A stretch of DNA of 64,000 nucleotides, taken from assembly GCA_036172245.1 (NCBI GenBank), contig JAYWIR010000004.1, positions 5,394,001 to 5,458,000 on the forward strand, written 5' to 3'. Made by a program: the position numbers and the translations under genes. Source of the stretch: Raillietiella orientalis (taxonomy: Eukaryota). The notes beneath the pieces were generated by a model. That model searched no databases and was not told the DNA's origin. It worked only from the letters and a program-made list of their open reading frames with translations. Positions 13,800 to 23,091 of this stretch are shown in pieces. Each line of letters begins with the position of its first letter. Position 1 is the first letter of the stretch.

Positions 13800-14000
13800 C
13801 AGGAAGTAGTGCTCGGGGTCAATAACCACGAGCGTTCCGAAAGTGGCATGGATACCGAGCTTGCAGGCGCTCCCGCAAGATGTGGCTGTCGTCGCGCGCC
13901 GCGCGCGGTACCGTTACGTCTCATACGCAAATGCAGGAGATGCTGTGATGCAAGATGAGAGAGGAAAACTCGGCCTAGCCATCTAGTGCGAACTGTGAAA
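13800..14000 (+). promoter_or_regulatory. Putative HR3 promoter block upstream of exon A with IR1 EcRE-like site GGGTCA-A-TAACCA (13816-13828)
   Basis: High-complexity block flanked by simple repeats, ~330-530 nt upstream of the exon A ATG. HR3 is an established direct EcR/USP target. The transcription start was not determined. Confidence 0.5.
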
Positions 14001-14144
14001 CTCAGCAGCTCGGTGTCGTTGTGATGCGTGCGAGAGCCTGCGAGCGTGCATTGTGAGGAACTCCAGGAGGAAGGCAAAAACCAAAAACAAAAAAAAAAAA
14101 AAAAAACCGGGAGAGGAAAGGAAACAAAAAAAAAAAAAAAAGGA

Positions 14145-14172
14145 GGAAGGAAGGAAGGAAGGAAGGAAGGAA
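14145..14172. repeat. (GGAA)7 microsatellite next to poly-A runs in the presumed exon A leader
   Basis: Read directly. Confidence 0.9.
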
Positions 14173-14327
14173 GGACGAGGAGGTGACAGGAGGAAGAAAA
14201 GTTTCCGCAGGAGAAACAGGGAGGGAGAGAGAGACGGGGGCGGCGAGAGAGACACGGGACGAAGCATCTTCCCCTTCCGAAGCAGCAGCATCCTGGAAGC
14301 ACCGCATCCGAAAGCAATGATCAAGTG

Positions 14328-14346
14328 ATGCCCAGCACCATCCGAG
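14328..14346 (+). CDS. Hr3: HR3 alternative first coding exon A (MPSTIR + G)
   Basis: ATG CCC AGC ACC ATC CGA G|GTAAGC: strong phase-1 donor. Joined to 33199 it gives [15 protein letters not shown]. It lies downstream of a promoter-like block with an EcRE-like site. Confidence 0.7.
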
Positions 14347-15658
14347 GTAAGCGCGGAGCTCCTTCTTGTGCATGCCGCTTCTCGGAGCCCGGCGCGCGCC
14401 GGGGGGGAAACGCAGCGAAGGGAAGCGCAGGGACTCTTCGGGGAAGGGGGTGCGCCTTCTTCATCCCGCCGCCGCTTTCCCTGCCCTTGCCCCCCCCCCC
14501 CTTCCTCGTGGCTCCGCACACGCGAGGCAGCAGCACGGATCGCGTTCCTTCTTCCTCTCCCCTCCCCCATCCCTCCCCTTCCTGCCTCACCCCACCGCCC
14601 CCCACCTGCGCTGCAGAGTGCTCACGCGCGCGCGCGCCCTTGGAGACGGGTGGGTCGGGAAGAGTCCGCGCGAGCGGAGGCCCATGGGGGCGAGTAAGGT
14701 GCCGCCACCTTCGAGTCCTGAGTCAGGGCGAGCCGGCCGGGGTATCGGGACCTGCGAGAGGGCAGGGGGAGGGCACGCTCCTCGGGAGTTCCCTCCAAAC
14801 GGGAGGCGTCTCTTCCTTGCCTCGCGTGGCGTCCCAGAGGGTCCGCTCCTACCGGTGGTGGCGGCAGGCAGGAATGGGAGGAGGGCGCCGGCTTCAGTGG
14901 GGTCTCCTGCGCCCTCCGGCCTCCCCTCCTGCCCCGCTGGGAGGCGGGAGCCGTCCCTCTCTCGCACCGGGAGAGGCGATCGCTTCCCGCTGTAGGTAAA
15001 AAGGTCGTCGAACCCGCCGGCGTTCGCGCGATTGCATTATTGGAAAGGAACTGCCCGCGCCGCCTGGCGACGGGGAGGAGGCGCGCGCGCGCGGGCGGCG
15101 GCGAGGGGGGAGGAGCAGCAGAGCAGCGAAGAAGGGGGGGGGGAGGGGAGAAGGAGGGCGCGGTGGGTTCGCGCCGTGCGCGCGCTCCCCGAGAACCACA
15201 GCTCCTCCTCCCGGGAGAAAAGTGCAAGCCTCCACCCTCCGGCGTAGGGGGGACCTCGGTCGGGTGTGGGGGTAAGGGAGGCAGGCCGGGGGGAAGGGGG
15301 GGGGGGGAGAAAGAAAGAAAAAAAAAAAAAAGGAGCCGCCTTTTTGCTCCTGCGGTCCCGCTCTCCTCCGAGGACGAACACCTTCCCGGTTCCTCCCCCG
15401 TCGTCGTCCGCGCGCGCGCCCGGTCCGGAGGTGAAAGGTCACGAGCGCCGCCCTCCCGCTCCGGCGTTTCCGAGATGGGGTGAACTGTGACGGAACGCGC
15501 AGGCGCGCGGTCCCGGCGACTGGATGCGCTCCTCATCCGGAAAGGCGATGCTCGGACGCCGACGCGCGCGCGGGTCGTAAAATCCCGGCTGCTCCGAGAG
15601 CCGAAAGAGCTGGGACGGTCATCGACCGCGAGTGATCTCTCGCCTCGCCGCTGCTTCG

Positions 15659-15770
15659 CTTCTTCTTCTTCTTCTTCTTCTTTTTCTTCTTCTTCTTCTT
15701 CTCCTCCTCCTCCTCCTCCTTCCTCCTCCTCCTCCTCCACCTCCTCCTCCTTCTTCCTCCTCCTCCTCTT
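15659..15770. repeat. Compound (TCT)n/(TCC)n polypyrimidine microsatellite
   Basis: Read directly; ~110 nt almost purely pyrimidine on + strand. Confidence 0.9.
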
Positions 15771-16136
15771 CTGCGGCCGACCGGCGCTCCGGGTTCCGGC
15801 GCTGACGTAATTCGCGCCTGGCCAAGCCGGCGTTGGCTCCATCTCCCCGCTGATCGACGCGCGCGCAAGAGAGTCGAAGAAACGATCCGGCCAATGGGAT
15901 CTCTTCGCGAGCGGGGATATCCGTGTCAAGTTTGTGACCGAAATCATGCGACCCATATACTTCCGCCCATGACCAGTCAGCGTCCCACTTCCCACAGCGG
16001 TTAAGTAGCTCGTCAAACAGTCGGCTCCCTGCGCGCGCTCGGGTACGCCTCCTCCCTTTCGGGGTCCTCTCCCCCCCTTCCGCTGCTCTTCCCGTCCGGG
16101 AGGCCCCTCCCCCCCCCCTCCGACCCCGACCGAAAC

Positions 16137-16140
<4 letters not shown>

Positions 16141-16168
<28 letters not shown>
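16141..16168. repeat. (TC)14 microsatellite
   Basis: Read directly. Confidence 0.95.
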
Positions 16169-16172
<4 letters not shown>

Positions 16173-19100
16173 TCTCCTGCGCGGTATCCCGGCTGAGGAA
16201 GATGTTCTTCCTCTAAGAGGAGGAGCTTTCGTTGGAGGGGGGCGAAGGCGGGAAGGGGAAAGGGGGGAGGGGGCGAATTTTTGTCCCGCAGTGAAAGTGT
16301 GGTTTTCGTCACTCGCCATTCTATATTCTGCACCGAGATCTTTCCCGCTTGCTTCTCCTCCTCTTTCTTCTCGCTTCCCTTTTCGAGCTCCATGCCAAAA
16401 AGTCCCTGCTGCTCCAGCAGTAGTAATAAAAAGTGAAAGTGCCGCACGCGTCACGTGACGCGAGCGCCTCTCCAGAGAGAGAATTCCTCCGCTTTGTTGC
16501 GTGTGCGATATGTCTGCCTCCACCCCACCGCAAGGCTTCCCGAACGGGAAAGCGTACCATCGGCCCGCGTCGGGAAGCCATCTCGATAGCGGCTCCCTCA
16601 TCCACTGCCAGGTTTCCTCCTCCCCCGCAACCACAGCCGAGCACGCATCGTAAAAGCCGGCGGCAGACGGCCTTGTCTACAAAACCCGATATGCAATACA
16701 ACGGGGCATCGATGCGTTTTTCAGCAGAGAGATGGAAACGCTTCTTATCGGCACGTGCAATTAATGACGTCATCTTCCCACCGTACGTTTGCGCAGCGTG
16801 CTACTCATTGCTTGCATTTTCCCGTTACGTTTCCGAAGGTTCGTTGAACCCTTTTCTTTGTAAAACGCTTGGCATTGCACACTCCGATGAGATTCCTAGT
16901 CAATTAAATCTCCGTCCAGTCCGCAACTTCGCGATGCTGTTTGCAGATTCGCGCACGTTTTTCTTCTTTTTTTTCCCTTCCTCCCTCTCTTCCTCCCCCC
17001 CCCCCTCTCCTCCTCCTCCTTCGTGGAAAATTCCTACGAAAGCCTGTACTCGAGCTGGATTGATTGGTTTTCCCTTTCGTTCTGAGCAGGGACGGCGGCG
17101 ACAACGGGATTGCTGGGAGATGAATTGGGTCGATCGGAAGAAGAAGCATCAGGGCATCCCGGGAGGAGGAGGAGGAGTCCTTCAAGCCCAATCTAAACTT
17201 CTAATGATTGCGATGCTAATGTCGAGCTCGTCGGTCGGGTGGAACGCACGCCCGCGCTCCCATCTGCTTTGCGCGCCATCGCTTTCGTTGGCTCCGGAGA
17301 GCGACGTTTTTTTTTTTTTTTTTTTTTTTTCCACCACCTTCGGGCGAATGGGCGGATTCCGCGCCTCTTTCCATCCGAGGTTCCGGAGAGAGACGATGAC
17401 GCAAGCATTGTTGCGGGCGATCGAGGGCTCGTCGGGAGGCTCCCGGTGGGCGCGTTGCCCCGGACGACGGCGCCGTTTGGCGTTCCGAGTTTCCCCCTTG
17501 GGTGAGTGTGAGCTTGGAAGCAAGGATCCGCTCATCTGCGCGAGTTGTCCTGGAAGCCCCCGCAGTGAGCTGATGGGGATCACACTCTGCTGGAATGATC
17601 TCAAGCCTCCCTCCCCCCCCCCCCCGACTTAGCGGTGCTTTCAAAGAACGTAGTAACGGTTCGAGGAAATCAGCCTACGACTTGATACACGTGCTGCTCG
17701 GAGACGCCTAAAGATTTGTGCTCATTTATTTTCTGAAAAGACAAGGATGCACAGATAATTTGGGCAAAGATAAATAAACAAGTACTTGGGTATAGGAAAG
17801 GGCTGAAAAACGAACACTTGTTTGTTGGCATCATTTGGACGCGGATGATTCAGTGCTTTTATCGCGAAAGTGTGTTTCATAAATAGTGCGCGCGCGTCTT
17901 ATGCAAGGGGGAGCAGGATGCCCATAAAGTCGTAGATGAATAAATCAGTGGTTCCGTCGAGAGAGCATCGACGGCCGCCATCACGTGGCATTCCTCCGTA
18001 CAACTCGAAGATCCACCACAAATCGCATTCCGGACTCCCTAGGAGAATCTGAAATCGTCCGATTCCTTCGCCGGGATCGGGATGACAAACGCAGTGGCAT
18101 GCTTGGAGAGCGGCGTGCTCCGGGAAAAGAAATGGAAACCTCCGCGGTCGCGTGGTCTCTTATCGTTCGTTCGCAGGAAACCTTCCTAGGTGTTTCCACG
18201 GGAATCGCGAAAACAGGACGCTTGCCGCCGTTGACGTCACCCGGTCCCGAGCAGGGATCGTCGGGGCTTGGTGTTCTTCCGTCTCCCGGAAACCCTTCCA
18301 CTCGTCCTGGAGGGCAGGCTCCTGCTGCGCTCCTTGGAATGCGGCAGTTCGGATGCGAACAGACTCGGAGGAAGCTGCTCCGGCGACACTGGCGGCTGAG
18401 GAGGAAGAGGCGAAGAAGTGAGACGAGCGAACCCTCGTTTCCCCTTGATCTTTCTCACGCGCGCGCGCGAACGAAGCGAAACAAAACAAACAAAACGGAC
18501 AACGAAAGCGCTGTTGCTCCCAGAGCGCGCGGTAACGGTAGCCGTGTCGGAAGTTTCCTGGCAACACCCCGTTAGGATGATAGGCGATCGTTGCTCCAGT
18601 CCCGTTAGAGCACAGAGCCGGAGACGTGGAAGCAGGAAGCGTTTTCCCCTGAGCTCCCCGCGCTCATTGGTTGCATGGTTAACTGTTTACATCTGGGTGA
18701 CCTCAGCAAAAACGAAGGGCCTCCAGCGGACGAGGGAACGTTGCCACAGCAACTCCGTGGGTGGCGGGGATCCTCGCCCTGGGGGAAGCGAGATGTGGCG
18801 GAATGCCCTTCCATTTCTCGCGCTGCCGGAGAGCACGGAAACGTGCGTACGGGACCCGCGCGTCGGGTACCAGGGGGCTGCCGCTGCCACCGCCTTCCCT
18901 GGACGATGGCCAGGACACCGAAGAGCAGGCGCGGCTGGCAGCAGGAGAGAGGAAGCTTCCGCAGACGGGTTCTTCCCGCTCCCTCTGCTACCCAGTTCCT
19001 CCCAATTGCCGTTCTGAGGTTTTCAAGGGGGTCGCGGGGAGAGCTGACCTCGACCTGGTGTCCTCGTAACGGCTGCCCAGTTGGAGGGTCGCTTCCCTCG

Positions 19101-20663
19101 CGGGAGACCGGATCGCCTGGTTCCCTTCTCTCCTCCAGCGAATCACACGCAGCCAGCACCCCCCTTCCCCCCCCCCCCCCTGCCCAAAAGTGTCGCCGTT
19201 TGGAGGGCGAGTCAAAGCCTGCGCGCAGGGACTAGGAGGCGGAGGAACAGATGTTCTTGGGGCCCGAGGGGGCTCCTCCAGTGAAGGCCCTTGCTTTCTT
19301 CATCAGGAGCGCTCATCCTCCGAGAGCGGCACCCCTACCTTGCGGGGCGTTCCGACCTCCTCTCTGTCTATCAGGGTGGCGTCGATGGCACCGGATCAGG
19401 CAGCAGCAGAGACAGCGGAGGCGGCGAAGGCCAGCAAGCGCGCGGCCATCGAGGAGGTCAACGCCCGGCCCGGCGGCGGGTGGCGCTTGCTCGAGAGAGA
19501 AGGGAGAGAATCAGGAAGGGGAGGGCAGGAGCATAAGGGGGTGAGGAGGGGGGATCGGAGGGTGAAGAAGGAAAAAGGGTGGCGGTGATGGTCCTCGACG
19601 CAACTCCAGAAATGAGAGGATGACATCCAGGGAGATGGGGTAGAGAGCGCCTACGGCGAAAAGGAGCGGGTCACCTGCACCTTCAGGCGGATCGGCAGAG
19701 GGTCACTTGCTCCCTCCGGAGGATGGATAGGGAAGGAGGGGACGACAACACGGCGGCATCCTTCTCTCCGTCCGTCTTTCCCAGGTCCTGCGCCATCCTG
19801 TCCTTTCCTCCCCTCCCCACTACCCCGGAGAGGGGGAATGGGGAGACGCAATCAGTTTAGCCTCCGGAGGACGTTCGGAGAGGGGATGAGGAAACAGTCT
19901 CCCGGGGTGCCTCGCTCGCGCGCGCCAACGGGTGCGCCATCGCTCCCCCTGTCCCTCGAGTGACGCAACTCTGCGCGTCGTCGCGTCGTCATAGTCGTTG
20001 CCGTCGTCGGCCCTCGCGGCAGCGGAGTTCCGCCCGGTCCCGTTAGGACGGAGACCCGCAGCCTCCGCCGGCTGGAGCGGCCCCTTCCCGAACCAGTTTC
20101 TCGCGGGATTCGCACCTGTGCGAGCCGCCCCTGCCCTCCCGAAGGCTTCCCAGGCACCTGTGCGGCCCTCTTTGCCCCCACTCGACCATCCCTTTTTCTC
20201 GTTTGTTCCCTCGTTCGTTCGTTTCCCTCCCCCCTGCCTTTTCCTCCTCTGCTCCTGAGAGAGAGGGAGGGAGCGTCCCCGCTCGCGCACCCGAGTGGTG
20301 GCCGCACTGCTCGAGGCCGGCCGGACTTCCCCTCCCCTTCCCCTCCTCCGCCCAGGAGCACTCCCCCTTGCCTTCTCACGTGGGCCTGCTAGTGCCCTAG
20401 AGAGGTCTGGGGTCGGCCACAAGAGACGTGCCAGGAGAGAGGAAGATCCGGGGAGTGAGACGCATCAGGAGCCAGAAGAGCTAGGGAGAGAGGAGGAGGA
20501 GGAGGAGCGAGCGAGCGAACGGGCGGGGCGGGCCAGAAAGAAGGGCGCGCCCATCCTACCCCCTCCGCGGCGCGCGCGAGATCGCGGCGGCAGAGGGGCG
20601 CTGCCGGCCTGATTCCGCGTCTTCCGGGCGACGACGACGACGGTGCTCGCCTCCGGAAGGAAG

Positions 20664-20754
20664 ATGGCGTGGGCTACCACCAGCACCGCCGCCAGCACCG
20701 GCCCGCAGGTCGCCATGGAGGTCGGTCGATCCGCCGCCGCCAAGTCCATCAAAG
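20664..20754 (+). CDS. Hr3: HR3 alternative first coding exon B ([30 protein letters not shown] + G)
   Basis: ATG at 20664 (AAGATGG context); 91 nt ending AAA G|GTAGCC, phase 1. Yields ...[12 protein letters not shown], the junction known from insect HR3. Confidence 0.8.
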
Positions 20755-23054
20755 GTAGCCGCGCTCAGCAGAGGGAGGGCGGCAGAGAAAGGGGAGGGAG
20801 AAAGAAGAGAGAAAATAGGGAGGGAGGAAAGGAAGGAGAAGGGACAGGATCACCCCCTTCCCTCCCCCCTTCCCCACGCCTCTGCGGATTCTCGCCCCCG
20901 CGTCTTCTTCCTCCTCCTCTCCCTCTGTCCGTCCGACGTTGCGCTCACGCGCTCGCGCGCCGGGGTTGACGACCGAGTGGCACCGTTAAGCCAGCCCGAG
21001 GCGGCGGCGGCGCGTAACGGGACGCGGGCGGCGGGCGCAGACCTGCGAGCAGTGCGCTCGGGGTGTGCCCCAGAGCTTCGCGCGACCGCCGCCGAGGTGG
21101 CCGTCGGCCGCTCCAGGCTAGCATCGGGCAGCGTCTTTTCTGCGTCAAGGACGGAAGGGACTCGGGAAGGAGGGGTCGACCCGATCGAGTGGGGCCCCCC
21201 AGTGGGCTTCCTGATCCTCGGGAGATTACGCTCATCCCTCGTCTCGCGCTCTTCTCTGCCTGCGGTCCCGGAACCGCAGCCCTGCCGGCGTCCCTGGACT
21301 CTTCCTCCGGATGTTCCAGGAGGCGTTGCTACCCTCTTAGGATCTTTGCGAGCTGACCCCATCTCGCCCCTCTCTCTCCTCCCTGGCCAGCCCGGGAGTC
21401 TCTCTGGAGGTCTGGCAGCGGCGATGGCCACCCGCACTTCGAAGAGCCGCACGGGAGCAGGACACCGGGAGCGCCCGCACGCCTGCATGGAGCTGAGCAC
21501 TTCGAGCAAACCGTCCCCTCCGCCAAACCGACCCGGCAGAGCCGCTCCCCCTCCCTAGGTGGGCGAGGGGATGACTCGACCTTGCACTGCGCCTCCCGCC
21601 TCCCTTCGACCTTGTGCACACGGCGCGCTCCCACTCCAGCGTGCAGCGAACGAGCCAGAAGTCCCAGGAAGGCTGCCTGAGCGCGCCCGCGCGCACCTGC
21701 GAGTGCACCTCTGCACGCACACGCTGCTTTCTGAGGGCGTGCGCATGAGCCCGAAGATCACGCCAGCATGTACATTTTCAGGTGTACACCTGTACGCGAG
21801 AGCGCGTGCCGGCTCCGCGTGCGTGCGGACGTGAGACGTGTGGAGGTGTACACCTGCGCTTGTGTGTGTACATGAGCTACTAGCGCGTGTTCACCTCATG
21901 CGTGCTGGTGTGCTCGCGTGCGAGCGGGAGGGAGGCCAGCCGCACGCGGCACGCGGTGTGCACGAGAGCCCTCTCGTGTAGGCACGCCGGTGCACACGCG
22001 GCCGCGCGCGCGCGCGTGGCTGCGGTCCCCCCCGGATCGATCGCCCGGCCTCGGCCAACCTGCCTCTGCCTGATGACACCAATCGATACGTCCGCAGCCT
22101 TCCGCATCTCTCGGGCTGCCCCGCCCGCCATCTCCGGTATCGCCGCGCGCGCGACCAGTCGCGGGCACCCGAGCGCTGCCTCTACTCCTGTCGGATCTTC
22201 CTCCTCCCTGCTTCCCCGCATCGCCGCCGCCCTACCTTCGCGGCTCGACCGCCCCCGGGCCATCCGCCCGCTCCTCTCGCAGGGGAGCTTCCCGCCGCCG
22301 TGCGCGCGCACGGCCGGCGCGGCCTTGCTGCAGGAAGTTGCTGAACCGAAAACTGCTATTACGTGTCCTTGGGCAGGGGAGGAGGGAGAGAGGGAAGGAG
22401 GCAAGAAAGGAAAAGGGAACGAGAGGGGACGGAGGAGAGAGGATGCCCGCTGCCGCAGCACATGTTCTTCTCCCCGTTCTGAAACGACTCTGCCGTAGTC
22501 GCGGGGACCAAACGCCCGGCGCTCAGCACGTACGCCTTCCCGTGCGGCAGCCTGCCGTGTTCCTCCCGAAAATTGGACAGCTCCTTGTCTTCCTTCCCCC
22601 TCACTTCCTCTTCCTCTTCTGCCGCCTCCGCCGCCGCTCCGGAAACCCCGTCCCCCGCCTCTCCCCCACGTCTTCCCTCTCCGTCCTGCGTTAACGCGTT
22701 CCTCATCCGTGACGGTAGGTCGAACGCTCACGCAAATTTCCCGTTGGGCTAGCGGCAATCTTCCCCTCCCCCTTCCCTCCTCCTCCTCATCTCTCTTTCC
22801 GCGAGCGGTGGGTCGCCGGAGCAAGCGGATTTCTCTCGCCCGCAGCGGGGAAGCGCCAGCCGTCGCGGAAGATCTTTCTGTCCGCACCGTTACCGGATGC
22901 TGCGCGCCTTTAGCGGCGCGCGCGCGCGCGCGCTCCGCGGATCCTAAGCATTCGTTGCGAACGCCGAGGTAAGCCCCTACCCCTCCCGCTAGTCTCTCCC
23001 TTCCTCTCCCCCGTCTCTCTCTCTTCTCCACATGACGTGGAGCTGACGCTCCGT

Positions 23055-23091
<37 letters not shown>

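Noticed and set aside
14622..16634. 670-aa minus-strand ORF antisense to HR3 intron
   Set aside because: Made of translated microsatellites (poly-E/G/R/P) in stop-poor GC-rich DNA; no domain signature.
16433..17632. 399-aa plus-strand ORF as a standalone gene
   Set aside because: Runs through poly-T and poly-C homopolymers with no recognisable motif. Only its 3' part is kept as a weak exon candidate.
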